Part shown: in pieces, positions 24,004-39,760 of the stretch | How the letters are laid out: each line of letters opens with the position of its first letter | Position numbering within the stretch: position 1 is the first letter of the stretch | Source: the human T2T-CHM13v2.0 reference genome, Homo sapiens | Reading direction: 5' to 3' (one strand) | Assembly (NCBI RefSeq): GCF_009914755.1 | Contig: NC_060928.1 | DNA: 64,000 nucleotides | Position numbers and translations under genes: made by a program | Notes under the pieces: model-generated | Told to the model about the DNA's origin: nothing | What the model saw: the letters and a program-made list of their open reading frames with translations, nothing else | The model's database searches: none

Positions 24004-24409
24004 CAGCGCTGTGTCTGTTTCGGAAAGCGCTCTGGGGAGGTCTTGTCCCTAGGGGGCGGAGCGCAAAGGACAGAAGCTCCGGCACCGAGTCGGGGCAGAG
24101 TCCCGCTGAGTCCGAGCGCTGCTGAGGCAGCTGGCGAGACGGCACGTCTGGAGGCGAGGCGGGCGCACTGAAAGGAGGCCGGCGCGCCCGCGGCCCCGGC
24201 TCGCGTTCTGTTCAGGTTCGTGGGCCTGCAGAGGAGAGACTCGAACTCGTGGAACCCGCGCACCGTGGAGTCTGTCCGCCCAGTCCGTCCGGGGTGCGCG
24301 ACCAGGAGAGCTAGGTTCTCGCCACTGCGCGCTCGGCAGGCGTCGGCTGTGTCGGGAGCGCGCCCGCCGCCCCTCAGCTGCCCGGCCCGGAGCCCGAGAC
24401 GCGCGCACC

Positions 24410-24481
24410 ATGAGCGGTGGTGAAGTGGTCTGCTCCGGATGGCTCCGCAAGTCCCCCCCGGAGAAAAAGTTGAAGCGTTAT
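24410..24481 (+). CDS. GAB1: GRB2-associated-binding protein 1, coding exon 1 (start of PH domain)
   Basis: ACCATG Kozak context; 72 nt encode [24 protein letters not shown], the recalled GAB1 N-terminus; followed by donor GTAAGT at 24482 (phase 0). Confidence 0.96.
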
Positions 24482-25933
24482 GTAAGTAGAGCTGCGGGCA
24501 CCACTCCGCGGGCCTCGGCGTCCACACCCCTCCCCAGTCGGCTCGCCGGCGGCTGCAGCTGGCCGCGCGCGGGGCTGGTTCTTAAACGAATGCCGGTCTC
24601 TTTCCCCTTGGCCCCTACCCCTGGCGGGCTCGGGACAGGGTGCCTTGCACTCCCTCACGCCCAGGCATCCACTTGGCCGGACAACTTTCTTCCTCCAGGT
24701 TCCAGACAGCCTGCTTTGCGGGCCTGTTCGCCCCATAAAAGGACCTAGACGTCCAGCTAAACTCCTGCTGCATGCTTTTTTTCTTCCTTAGGAAGGATGG
24801 GGTGCGATGGAGAGAGGAGCCTTCTTCCTGCTTTATTCCTGCATCTGATTATTGGGCTGATGTGTGCTAAAGCTCCCGCACCGGGAAAACTGCCGAGGTT
24901 TTAGGGCTCACTAGCCCTTTCTTTGGTGGGCGCTCCCTCTCCTCCGCCCCTCGAGATGGGTTGCGGGAAGCGGGCTGTGGAGCTGAGGAGTTGGTAGTAG
25001 AGACAAGCATATCGAACGCGCGCAAAAGGGAAAGAAAGAAAAGTTATTACGCGCCCTGCCGTTTGCTTAGCAGGGTTCACATTTTCGCGGTTTTGAATTG
25101 AGGGACTTTGGAGTTTGGCCCGGGAGCCTTGGCGGTTTGCTGCGAGAGGAGGGCGCTGGGGGGGAGCCTAGTGGCTGGTGTTTGGGCGCCTTGGATGTGC
25201 TGTCAAACTCGGCAGGAGGGGACAGCTGAAGCCAGAAGGGATTTCAGTTGCGGTCCTTTCCCAGGGAACCAGAGTGGCTTTAATGGTGTTTGTGTAATTG
25301 ATACAAGATGCTATGTGTTAAACCGTTTTAGCTGTTAGGAAAAATATTCCTTGAAAGTATCAACCTTGCTTTAGTGGAAACCTGTGTCCTCTTCAGAGGT
25401 CTGGGATCTTATTCTTCCTCCCCATTGGTTGTTTTGTTGCTGCTCCCTTGCAAAGGAAAGAAATGACACTTTTGTGCTGACATCTGGATCAAATATTTTT
25501 CTAGTAAAATGTGTTTGCAAAAGCAAAATTTATGCCCCCTTAAATATAATATAAATTTAATGCCTGTACGAAGGGAACCCGTTTGTCGTTGAGGAATATC
25601 TACACCCAGTATTAGAGCTCAGGTTAATCCTGTTAGTCACTGTTTGCTTGTATAGAACAGAGTGAAGTACACAGAGTGAAGTATTTAACTTCACTGACAA
25701 CTCACCAGTGAATTTCTGATTTACTTTCTGCCAGAATTTATTATAGACAAGTAATTTTATTGAAAGACTCGATGCCACAAATCATAAGAAAGCTCTCCAG
25801 AGATGTGTAATGCCTCCAAATCCTGTCCATCTATCAGTTTTCCTGAATATCCTAGTAAAAATGCTAACTTTATTCCAAAAATATGAACGAGGCAGTGTTT
25901 TTTTTTCCAGCTGTTCTAAAGAGAAAGGTAGGG

Positions 25934-25961
<28 letters not shown>
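25934..25961. repeat. (GT)n microsatellite
   Basis: Direct reading. Confidence 0.92.
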
Positions 25962-25966
<5 letters not shown>

Positions 25967-26467
25967 ACAGAGAAGGAAGGGAGAAAGGGGTAGGGAGATA
26001 AATATATTTGTTTTGAGAAGGCCCAATTTAGGAAAAACAGATTCTTGGAGGAATTAAAGAATAACATATTTGCTGAACGTGAAAGTGATAATATAGGTTT
26101 AATTCATTCTTTCACATGGTTAGTTCATGGCTCACTCAAAAGACGCCAGGCACTGTATTAGACACCAACCATAAGGTCACAAAATACAGTAGGAAAAAGG
26201 AAAAAAGCCCTGCCTCTTGGGCTTAGAATTCAATTGAACTATTAACCAGGAAAGAAATCAGCCAAAAAGATTATGTCTTAACAAGAAAAACAAAAAGGAA
26301 AGTATAATTTGATCATTACAACTGTTTTCTGAGGTAGGTGTCATCTCTATTTTACAGAAAACAGTCCTGCATTTGAACCCAGATCTGCCTGATTGATTGG
26401 ACTGTAAAAGGTTAACGACTCTCACCTAGTTCATTTCAAATGTGGAGCTTAGACTAGGTTATCTCTA

Positions 26468-26776
<309 letters not shown>

Positions 26777-27736
26777 TTATAACTTTTCCTGACTCTGAAT
26801 ATTAGTTGAGAATACAAGAATGAGGTGGACTATGGATCAGGTGCACAGTGCTAAAGAAATGTAAGACCTAGTCTTTGCCTTTAAGTAGCTCTTTGAGTCT
26901 TTGGGACCACGAGACAAGTATATGTGAAAAAGCCAACAGTGCAAAGTGGTATATGACTGTGTGTCTAAGTTGAGTGGTATGGGTATTTTTTGGCTGTTCT
27001 GAGGAACAAGTTCAATGTAGACTGAAACTATGGGAACATTTGAGAGAGACAGTGGGCTGCCTACATTGTGTTTTCCACAGGAGGATGAATGTGCCTAATA
27101 GCTTGGGAGAAACTAGGATTTTCTTTGCCTGGTGTAGCACTGGTGTTTTCTTTACCCACGAATAAAGTAGATGGAGATAGTCCTGGAAGACAGTAGACAG
27201 GGCGGCTGTCAGAATAGAGGAAACCAGCATGGAGTGTAATGAGTTAAATAAGGCTTATTTAACTGTCAGGTTAAATAAGGCTTGTATTTTACCTGTCAGG
27301 TTGGTGGCCCAGAAGATTTTGACATTCCCAGATTATTGATCTTTTGGCTTTGCTGTCCAGTTTAGATGGTTTTTGCTAAAGTAGCTTTGACCATCAAAGA
27401 TATAGACATGTATACGTGCATTTCCTATGCTTGTTTTTTTTATGTAGAATGTTTATTTTTCTGGATAAAGGAAACATTGTTGGCCACCCAGTAGGCAAAA
27501 TGTTTGTGGATAATGATTTGTAATGAATGGATTTGCTATGAAAAGATATCTTGGATGCTTGATACTATAATTATTAAATGAGACTTCAGGGAGTTTGAGC
27601 ATCATGATTCTGTTTGGAAATATTTGGCCCATGGGACTTTGACAGTTGTCTCACTGTTTACAGCATTTATAGGGTAGTCCGAACACTGATTAAGATGATC
27701 CATAAGGGCTTTTAAGTGACAAAAAAATTGTTTTAG

Positions 27737-28033
<297 letters not shown>

Positions 28034-29774
28034 TAAATTGTTTTAGTTTTAGCTTTAAAGCCATCTCATATATGGCCCCCAATGTATTCCATTTACAGCT
28101 CCGTTTTATGTTTACTGTTTCATAGTCAACTCAAGCAGGATTGTTTTTTGTACACGCTAGTGTGTTAGTCTGATGTGTAAGCTTTTCTTGAATTTTCTAA
28201 AGAATGACACACAAAAAAATGAAAGTCAAGAGTAGTCAGCAGATTCCCCAGCTTTTCCTTCTCTTTTTAATTTTTTCTATATTCGCAAAAGGTTCTTTCT
28301 TGTATGTGTTTCATTCTCCTGGAAGTTTTTAAAATCTACTTAAAATGTAGGTGAAAATTTTAATGCTTCTTTTCAGGGTTGCTACTGTGGTGTTGCTGTT
28401 TTCATGCTGTGTTATATATTAAACAGCTGCTTTTTTACTTTGTTAAGGACCTGATGGAATCATAAACAGATTACTGTCACTAGGATTACAGAAAACAAGT
28501 AAAGTCTTGGTAGTATGCACTCAACAATGGTGCTCAGATTTTTAAAGAATTATTTAAAGAAATGATGGTGAAATTTTCATCAGAACCTGAAATTTTAGCT
28601 GAAATAAGATGCAAGTCTGTAAATAAAGTATTGTTTCAAGACAGCTGGCTACCACCATCGCTCTGGAGGAGGAGCTTCCTTGCCTGAAGCCCAAACACTA
28701 AGTTTGGGCTCCTCCATAGCCCAGCTGTCAGCATTGGGCAGGTGCACAATCTCAGCAGGAGAACCTGCTTCTGAGGCCAGAGCAAGGTGGCCTGTTAGCT
28801 GACAGCCAGCCTGGTAGCAAGGCCCCAGCCAGTTCTTAGGTAGGTAATCTGTACCCAGCGTGGGCTCTCTGTCTGCTCTGCAGCTGTCAATTAACAGGAC
28901 AACTCTTGTCTGGACTTCAAAAACACACCCCTGGTTCTGGAAATGGGCCTAGAAACAGAAATAGCCTCTCCTACTGGGTGGGCACCTGACATCTGACATG
29001 GAGGAGAGGGGCGTGGGCAGGCCAAGTGTCAGCATCTCCTTGGTTCAAGGACAACCCAGGACCTGTGCTAAGCATGAAACCCCTGCTCAATAGTGTCACT
29101 ACAACAAAGAGGACTGTCATGTCTAGAAGCTCTTCCTATCCTTTTTTGACAATTACCACTAGCAATCAATGGATTCTGATGTTTCTGCTTACAGTGACTG
29201 AATAAGCATAATTATTCTATTGAAGGAAATTTTTTCTTGCCATCCTCATGTTAGTAAACATAATTCAGACTCCCAATGTTTTTACCTTTTCAAGTGTAGC
29301 AAGAATGTTTTTTCTGTTAACAGAGATCATCAACTTGCAATTACATTAAGCCTTTATGATGGTTAATGATAGTTCATTTGTTGTGCCTGGGCTGAATGAT
29401 AAGTGTAGAACTCTCCACGTGCAACTTGCTGAATCTCCAAATCTGATTGCTACCTTTTGAGATTCAGAATTACTGTTAGGAAGGTGCATTAGTTTGGAGG
29501 GGGTAGTTTGAGAATTCTGCTGGCTCTTTAAAATTATTTTTTTAAGAGATCATCTTGGAACAAAAAGTGGCAAGAGTTATAGTTGGATAATCTGTTTGAC
29601 AAGTGACTGGTTATTTCAGTGTATTTTGCCATAACCTGCTTAAAAATGTAAGGAGTAAAACACACAGCGTTTTTTGAGAGTAAGTAAAATCCCATATTTT
29701 AGACTTAACATAAAAATATGTAGATAAGCTATTGACAATTTGCAGACTGAGAAAGTTTCAGAGGTGATAGATTC

Positions 29775-30092
29775 TTTTTTTTTTTTTTTTTTTTTTTTTT
29801 GAGATGGAGTTTCGCTCTTGTCCAGGCTGGAGTACAATGGCATGATCTTGGCTCATGGCTCACTGCAACCTCCATCTCCCGGATTTAACTGATTCTCCTG
29901 CCTCAACCTCCCAAGTAGCTGGGATTACAGGCTCCTGCCACCACGCCCGGCAAATTTTTTTTTTGTATTTTTAGTAGAGATGGGGTTTTGCCATGTTGGC
30001 CAGGCTGGTCTCGAACTCCTGACCTCAGGTGATCCGCCCGCCTCAGCCTCCCAAAGTGCTGGGATTACAGGTGTGAGCCACCGTGCCCAGCC
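29775..30092 (-). mobile_element. Alu
   Basis: Alu consensus, TSD AGAGGTGATAGATTC. Confidence 0.9.
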
Positions 30093-30689
30093 AGAGGTGA
30101 TAGATTCAAAACATGTGTTAGGTACTCAGCAGTCCTAATTTTCTTACAGAGACTGACAGCCAGAAGGAGCATTGTAGTAGATGGGCTACTACTTTACTTT
30201 TGAAGAATTTTGTATTAAAATGTAATTTGATGCACCCACTGATGCTTTTAGTGGGGATGTTTTGCTATAGTGGAAGGAAACTCAGACTGAGTGTCAGGAC
30301 CCGGATTCTACTTGGTTTTGCCATTACCCACCCACAGGAGCATTTGACCATTCTGATCCTCAGTTTCCTTACCTGTAAAATGGGGGAGGGAGGAGCTGTA
30401 GATCTTCAGCAGAAGCCCTGTTGCAGTTTAGCGTTCCTCTTCTCAGACATTTTCTTGGGTGGAAGGGACAAATGGGGAGCTCTTCAATAAGCTGCAACAT
30501 AAATTTTTGGGGGACATAAATCTTCCTTGTGGGGAAATCTTTACTATTTATCTTAAATAGTTTAGTGACTGCTTAAGCAGTATTCTTTGGGGACTCTTGG
30601 TTTTTAACTGAAGGCAGACCTGCATGCAGGGCCTTTGGCTGCTGTGCTCCTGGGCTGGGTGCTGTGTCTTGAGCCCCTGTGCAATGCCT

Positions 30690-30765
30690 GGCTCAGAGTA
30701 GGAGCTCAACAGATGCCTGTTGACTGAATAATAAACAGGTATCGCAGGAGCTTTTGTTATGTGCC
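30690..30765 (+). ncRNA. MIR3139: microRNA precursor mir-3139 (mature TAGGAGCTCAACAGATGCCTGTT at 30699-30721)
   Basis: 76-nt fold-back (GGC/GCC ends, AGGAGCTC with GAGCTTTT, GATGCCTGTT with AACAGGTATC); matches the recalled mir-3139 sequence and its location in GAB1 intron 1. Confidence 0.88.
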
Positions 30766-33700
30766 ATGTGTGGAATGCAAGGAAGGAAAGGCCCACTCCC
30801 TGCCCTTAAGGAGTTTCTAATCTGTTTGTGAAGACAAGCTGTCAGTCATTTTATAGGAGCTATGATATATGATTAGTTGCCAAATGAAAGTTTAGAGTGA
30901 GAACAGGGGATGCAGGGGTACGAGATGCCAGGGAAGACTCCGCAAATGAATTTTACACTTTGCTTTTAGAAGAGCTGGTGTACTGCTGGCAGCAACAGCA
31001 AAATCTTAAGGGAGGGCTGGTTTTAAAGGAAGAACAAAGATTTGTGTTGAGTTTAGATGTCCTCATGAAAAAAACTGCTTCCCAGCACCCCAGTTTCATG
31101 TGAGGAGTTTGGCTGTCAGCTGTATCTTCTAGTTTGAGAAGTTTTTGTTTCTGCTAAGATCTAATGTTCCTCATGGGTTCCTGAGCACAAGTGAATTTTC
31201 TGCATCAAACTAGAAATGAACAAAACAACTTGTTTGGTCACCTGAACTTATTAAAATTCCAAGGGACATGAGTTGTTTAAGATTTCTTTATGTCTGTTTT
31301 AAGCTAAGTAATTCATTCTGGCAAGCAGTTAGTTTACAACAGAGAGGGAGCATGTTCTGGTGGGAGGGAGAATAAAAGAGCCTTTGATTCATTTGCTTCT
31401 GAGTTCCAGCAGCAGGACCAGGGCTGCCTTGGGCTAGCGTCTTATTTCGGACTTTGGAAGCCATCTTAGCCCAGCTGTGTGAGTGCCAGCTCGTGTTGGG
31501 GGGGAGAGAATAACACCAACGGATCACATGAAACCCCCTCTCCCTGTGGATGGAGGGGTTTCTCTCATTTCACATTCCTCGCATCAACATGGCGCCTAAT
31601 TTCCACCAAGTTAGAGCTCCATCTGAATTTGCCATTTGAACTTGGATTGAAGTCACGATCTTTCTGTGACTCCTTTTATCTCAGTCTGCCAACTAATACA
31701 GAAAACTTATCAAGTCACAGTTCTCTTTATTCTCCCCTCTTGGGGTATAACACACATAAAATTAGCATTCTTTCTTTTTTATATTACCCCTGGCAAAAAG
31801 TGGCCCATTGTACTGTGGATTTCCATATTTATTAAATAACTAGGCTCTTCCGTTGCCAGTGGGATGGCTATAGGAGCCTCAATAAATTGTAGATGACAAT
31901 TTAGGCCTGTAGAATTGCTGAGAAAAGTCATTTTTAGGAACTGGAATTTTTTGCTCATTCTAGGCTTCTATGTTTGAGCATCTTAAATAATAGAAGAATG
32001 CCCTAACTGGAAAAAAGAATCATTTCTCTTTTAAGCAATTCACTTATTCATAGGAGCGAAGTTCTCCCTAGTTTAAAAGGTCGCATTACTGAATAAAGTA
32101 CACTATAACCTAAGAGCTTTTGACCTTCTCCCAGCCCGTTTTTAAAAAGAATTAAGACTATGCACTGTAATGCATGTTTGGTTGTTATCTCTGTTACATT
32201 AGCTCTTGAAGCATTCTGATTACAACTTGTAGCTGCCAAGCCCTGTCCTGCAGTATTATCTGGAACAAAAATTTTCCATGTGGTTGTTTTTAGCAGAGCT
32301 ACTATATGCAAACTGCACGTGAAGGATATAAGTTATAAAGGAATAGAGCTTCTAGAAGGAGAAATGTGAGTTAACTTTTTTCTACCATTTAATCATTCTT
32401 TCCTCACCTCTTAGTGTGTGTTTCAATAATGTTTATCATCTTTCTAAACTGAGTTTTCTTTTATTTTTATATATTAGAAAGAATGCCAAATTTACCAAGT
32501 GCTTTTCTGATGGTGGTTTTCTTTTCTCCCAGCTTTTTACTTTGAATTCATACTTGGCCTAGGTAGTTCTCTTAAGTTATGTGTTCAAAAAACAATGTCC
32601 TAAGAGGAAAAAACAAATGGCCACATTGTCTCATGAATTAAAAACAACATACCAAGAGTCCAAACATTTCAATGTAAAAATATTAAGCCTTTCTTTTTTT
32701 AGGAAGACAAATATTAAACTTTGCTTTAACTATCCTGTTGTTTTTCCTTTCCCTTTTTTATTTATTTTCTTTTGGTTTGACTCATGTAGTTTAAATTTAT
32801 TTTGAAAACAGCTTTATACATACTTCTTTAAGAATACTGCACGTAGGGGAAAGCATCAAACTTCCATTTTACATTTCAAGAGAAAAGTGAGAGGAGGCCA
32901 TCCTCCTGTCAGAAGAGGGGCAAAATGTCAAATAATACCAAGGTCTTCTAACTTACTTTTACATTGCTTGGTTATTTATCATTATTGCCTAGAGATATTT
33001 AGCTATTTAAACATGAAATAAGCAGGTAAATGTAATTTAAGTTAAGCAAGTTTCATATTTGCTTTTGTGAAACGAAATCCTGGACATAAGCATTGGAAGA
33101 ACTCAACTCATTTTGTTGTAGTTTTTGTTTTAAATAGAAAATAGAGACAGGGTCTCTACATTCCCCAGGCTGGTCTTGAACTCCTGGCCCCAAGTGATCT
33201 CTTGCCTCGTTGTAGTTTTTATTGTTGTATTTAACTCATTAGCCAGCCAGTTGTTGTAACATTTTATTTGCTAACTTTTTAAATGAGAGGAAGGTAAAAG
33301 CACTCTGTGCCATAGTTCCCTACTCTCTCTTTTCCTATTCATTTCTGCTTCTCTGTGATATAAGCCTAGACATCAAAAATCACAAAATATTTGTGTCCCA
33401 ATCTTTACACACACATTCTTTCACGAAACTTTTCTCTAAAAAGAGAGTGTTAATTTGTGTCACTCTTACTTAGTAATCAAGAATAGAAATAATAATGTTC
33501 CAACTAGCATGTAGATGTTTTTCTCTCCTGAAATGCAGCTTTTAGTTACTGCTGTATTGGGAAATGTGGTTAGGCCACTTTCTGACTGGCAGAACTCCTC
33601 CCTGAGATGACTACCTGATGAAAGAATTACCTGCCTGTGTGCCTTCCCAGTTCCAGTCCTTAGCACATTCCCATCACTGCTGTGGCCAGAGTTGGAGTTG

Positions 33701-35429
33701 CCAAGACTAAGGTGCTGGTGGAGGGATGACTCCTTGATTATCGAGAGAGAAGTGCTTTAATCTTTGACTTTTGTAAGAGAGATACTAGGTAAAAGCTACC
33801 TTCAGCGTTTTGAATTCCAGTGCTGTTGTGTAGAGCTTGATGAGGAACGATTACCTCATTCAGCTAGGGAGGTATTTTTTGAACCCTCTACCCTCTGGCA
33901 AAGTTATAATTGACCCCAAAGTTATGTAGGATTATTTACTTTACATGTTCTTGACAGTTTCAGGTTTAAATGTTTGAAGTGTTGAGAAAAGGTAAAAGGA
34001 AATATTGAACTCCTAATAATGTAAAATATTTGGGAAGGTACTTTGTTCCTAGTGATGCTGTTACATAAAACCAAAGCCTTCTGAGTAATCTTTGCTGGGT
34101 ATGTAGGTCATTTACCTCCAAAGAAAAAGGCACACAATTAAACTGGTGCTGTTGAACGGTATTATTTTTCTTTCTATTCCTTTAAGCAGTCAAATAGTTG
34201 AGAGTCAAATTTATAAATGTTGACTGTTTCAAATGGGAAAAGCAAGCGTAATATATTTTTCTAGTTGATTTTCATAGTGACCCACAGTATACAGAGAAAA
34301 AGGTATATACACAGGAATCTGTGAAAATTATGGCTTCATTTATCATTCTTCGGTGTTTGTAATAGGATATTAATTTCCAGAGGACAGAGATGGCATTTGT
34401 TCTCTTGTCTCAAATATACAGTATGGTGCCTTGCATATACTCTTGAACAGCACAATCAAATAATTGTAGAATTTTGAGCCTAAAATTGTAAATTCTCTTG
34501 TCCAATGTTTCTTAACCTTTTCTAACCCACTCCTCTCTCATGTATTGTTTGAGTGTCCTTTGGCTTTTAATCCAGTTTTACTTTCTATGATTTGCATTAC
34601 AAAAACAATAGCTATATTGAAACTTTTTTCTAATTACACATATCTCCTTCTCCACCAGTCAAGAATCCAACCCACTCCTTTTACAGGGAATGAAAATAAG
34701 CCTAAGGGAGGTGAATTGATTAGTCCAAAGTCATATTACTTAACCAGTTGTTCTGTTGGGGTCCATCTCTCCCCTCCCAGATAAAATCCTTTCCGTCAGA
34801 GTGAATGCCCACATGAACAGGGCACTGTGAAGAATGCAAAAGAAGAGGACCAAGTGAACACTGTTTTCACCTTTGAGAGCTGTGTGCTGCTAGGGGACAT
34901 AGGTTGCACTTAGTTCTACAAATTACATCATGATCAGTGATGTGTGAGACATTCTGGTAGAAGAATCCAGCAGAGAGGTTAATTCAGGTACTCTGTGAAG
35001 GCTTAATGAAGGTGGCAAGAGGCATTTCACCAGCACCTTAAAAGATGGATTCAGTTTTCAAAGATGAGGCTGGAGTAAGATCTGATTTCTGTTTCTCCTT
35101 TTCCCAGCCAGACTCTTGCATTGTTGTTTACATTTGGCTCTTCCTCTTTTTCACCTGCTGTTCATTTCATAATGGAATACAGCTGGGTCCTTTTTCCATC
35201 ACCCTTATTTAAACACCAGTCTCTGATGTTCCTAAGTGTTGGAGTTCTTGAGGGTTCCAGTGCTAGCCCTGGTTGGTCTCCTCCTCTTTTCATCTTTGTT
35301 AGTTGGTTCTTCATCTGTTGTGAAATCGTGAACTCCTTTGAAAATTTGAGGCTCCCAGTTCCCATAAGAACTCTTACTAACTTATACACAAACATTATTA
35401 TAATCTTGGATGTTTTCTGACCTTTAAAG

Positions 35430-36330
35430 CTCATCTATGGCTCTTAACACCTAGTTAAATGCCCTGAATTATATGTTGATAATTTGAGTACTCTTTCTCA
35501 GCCCATTTCTCATTCCAGATCTATGGCTCTAATGGTTTAAATCCAAAACTGCTTATATAGCCCACAGCAACTCAGAGTCAGAATGCCCACAGCAGATCTT
35601 ATCATCCTTTCCCTTAAACCTGGTCCTCTTGGCTGTTCCTTGTACAGTGGCTCAGCCAGAAGGTTTTCTTTGACTTTTCTCTCTCTCTCATTCTCCACAC
35701 CCAGTGACCAAACCCTGTCGGTTTTACCTTCCAAGTATCTTGATTTATTGGCCACTCTTGCCTAGGCGATATTTGCCTTTCTTCTGGATTGCTGCAATAG
35801 CCAGTTGCAGTTGCTGCTCTCTGCCTCCTCTTGGGCCCCTCTTAGCTGTCTTATCAAGGCAGCCAGAGTGACTTTTCTGAAATACCAATCTGATAATGCC
35901 ATTCCATAGCTCGAAGCTGTTCTGCGGCGCTCTTTTGCTCTTCGGAGTGCCTCTGCCTCTTCCCTTGGCTTGCATGGCCCTTTATGTGGCAGCAGCACAT
36001 CCATCCAGTAGTGTTTGTTGCTTCCTTCTCCACTCAGTCTCTCCCCTTCAGCTATACTGAACTTTCATGGTCCAGATCAGCTCTGAGATCTCTCTCTCCG
36101 GGCCTTTGCACATGCTCTCCTCTCCTCCAGGAGTCCTTGACACTCTCTTTTCTGTCTCACAACCAGGCTAACTTTGGGAACCTTCTCTGAACTCCACCAC
36201 CACTGCCACATGTACACACAGACATACTGTGCTGGGAGCATCTGTTTTGTCCTCCTGTCATGCTCTGTTATTCTCATAGCATAGCACTTGCCACACTTGA
36301 TATTTGCTTGTTTACTTGCTTATTTCCCCT
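35430..36330 (+). mobile_element. L2 LINE fragment
   Basis: Pyrimidine-rich L2-like motifs (GCAGCCAGAGTGACTTTTCTGAAA, GGGCCTTTGCACATGCT). Confidence 0.55.
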
Positions 36331-36463
36331 CCCATGGTGGGGCCATGTTGTGACTTTTGTGAGCCCCAGGTACATTTGCCTTCATAGGTCCCCCCCTTCC
36401 TAGATTAAAATATTCTAACCTGGAGTAGTTATATATTATTTTTCATTTTTTATTTTGATTTTT

Positions 36464-37366
<903 letters not shown>

Positions 37367-37622
37367 CTGATTTTTAAAAGAAAATATTAAGACACTTTTT
37401 GTGTGCTCCTAAATGTATCATGGGCCCCAAGCACTGTGCCTTCTGTCTGATGGATACGTTGGCCCTGTTAAATGAACAGAAATACTTTTAAGATAAAGTT
37501 GACAGCATATGTCAACTGCCTGATTGGGACTAAGAACGGTGAGGAGTTACTCAGTTATTTTGTCATGTGGCACTGTTATCATGGCTTAGCTCACTAAAAC
37601 ACTCTTAAGGCTTTGTGTTTTA

Positions 37623-38021
<399 letters not shown>

Positions 38022-38091
38022 TTATGTAAAAAAATGTGTTCTATGAGCTGTTTGACTACTACGCACATTTCTTCATGATGTTTCTGTGTAC

Positions 38092-39090
38092 AGCAGTTTT
38101 TAGTAGAGGTGGGTAGGTGATTTGTCCCCTCCACGGGACATTTTGAAACAGGAAAGGTTCCCTTGTCCCCCTCGCAGGGCATGCAATGGGGATGTGCTCA
38201 CTTCTTCAGGGCCCCACTGCTCAAACCTCTAGGGGAGCATACAGACCGGCAGGCCGAGGGGCTCTGACCCCACCGCAGTGTCTAGGGGTGAAAGTTTACA
38301 GCTGAGGCCCCAGCGGGCGTGTGTTACGGGGTGCTCTTTTAGTTTGCCGTCTATAGGCAGCTTGTGTTAACCAGTTCAGTTAGACCCCCTCCCTTATCAC
38401 AAGGACAGAGTGATTTCTGTATCCCAGTGTTTCTTGCCTTGGTGTACCAGAAGAATTGGATCACACGTGGGGCTGGAGAATGAGTGCAAGGTTTTATTGA
38501 GTAGAAGTAGCTCTCAGCAGATGGGGGAGCCAGAAGGCAGATGGTTTTCCCCTGGAGTCCGGCCACTCAGCCGCCTGACTCTTCTCCAGCTTCTCCGGCC
38601 ATACCCCGAGTTGTTCGGCCAGTCGATGGTCAGCTTGCCTGCGGGTGCTCTTCCGCGGTGTCTTCTCCCGCCAACGAGTTCGTCAGGATGTCCAGCCGCT
38701 TGTGTCTGCCACCTAGGGTCTGGGGGGTTTTTATAGGCACAGGATGGGGGCGTGGCCGGCCAGGGTGGTCTTGGAAAGGTGACCTTTCGGCGGCAAGGCT
38801 GGAGTGCCTATCCTCACCTAGGTTCGTGGGGATGGATCCCTAGTCAGGGACCACGCCTTCCTCTACCAGGCACTTCCCTTCCCCACTTCCATATCATTTA
38901 AAGGGACCAGGCTCTTCCCGTCCCAGCACTTCCATAACAATTTGACAATTTCTGGAGACATTTTGGTTGCTACAGCTGGAGGGAGGAATGCTTCTGGTAT
39001 CTAGTGGGTAGAAGCAGGGATGCTACTAAACACTCTATTGCACAGATTTATCTGGCTCAGAATATCAGTGTGCTGAAGTTGAGAAATCCT
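38092..39090 (+). mobile_element. MER20 (hAT-Charlie) split by the LTR insertion
   Basis: GGGACATTT|GACAATTTCTGGAGACATTTTGGTTG...ATCTAGTGGGTAGAAGCAGGGATGCTACTAAAC...GTTGAGAAA. Confidence 0.75.
38144..38939 (-). mobile_element. ERV1 solo LTR (LTR1/LTR27/LTR28-like)
   Basis: 796 bp, TG...CA termini, 4-bp TSD ATTT, AATAAA on - strand near 38493; subfamily from recall only. Confidence 0.75.
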
Positions 39091-39760
39091 CATATAGAGG
39101 GGTTCATAAAGCTTGGTTCTTACATTTATTTTATTCATTTAGTATATTTCCCTATGTTGCCAGTTGGATTGTGTCATAGCACCGGAAGCAAACATTTATT
39201 TTTCTGACTGAAGTAATGTTTGAGAAAAACAGTCATTGAGATGGCTGAGCCTTTGATCACTAGAGGGTTTAGGTGATAGGCAAATTCTCTCTCCAAGGAT
39301 CTGTTGTCATTTAAATCATTACCAAAATACTCATTTTTACTTTGCTCTCCTAGCTTAGAGTACAGCCAATTGTTGTCTGGTAGGGGGATGCTGAGTCATT
39401 TATTCATGCATTTTATTACCTCTTGGCTGCAATATCACCATTCATTGTTCACAAGCCACCCAGCTTGTTTACTTTTTATAAATTACATGTAATCAAGTCC
39501 TCTTGCAGGTCTGGCTACTGTAATTGGCAGCAGCCACAGAGCAGGGCTGACAAGTCTGCATTTATGCTGATGTCTCATATTCAGCCCACTCTCCAAGCTT
39601 TCTTTCCTCTTCCATGTGTATTTTAGAAGGAAGGCAAATAGAAGGAATGCAAAGAGAGAACTGTTAAGGAGTTTTCTCTTTTCAGATGATCTTAAGATAC
39701 TTATAGCTTGGCAGAGTCCTTGTGTCATTTGGTTGGGAAAAAACAAGGGTCTAGAGCAGT

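Larger units (their letters stand above)
23000..24760 (+). promoter_or_regulatory. GAB1: CpG-island promoter, 5' UTR and first exon region of GAB1
   Basis: Very high GC and CpG density, GC box GGGGCGG at 24053-24059, no obvious TATA box; the TSS cannot be fixed from sequence alone. Confidence 0.88.

Noticed and set aside
23179-24748. Long overlapping ORFs (330, 261, 216 aa) and the 112-aa extension of GAB1 exon 1
   Set aside because: Stop codons are scarce in GC-rich islands; the 330-aa ORF starts at TTG and reads through a TG repeat; the GAB1 frame is spliced at GTAAGT 24482.
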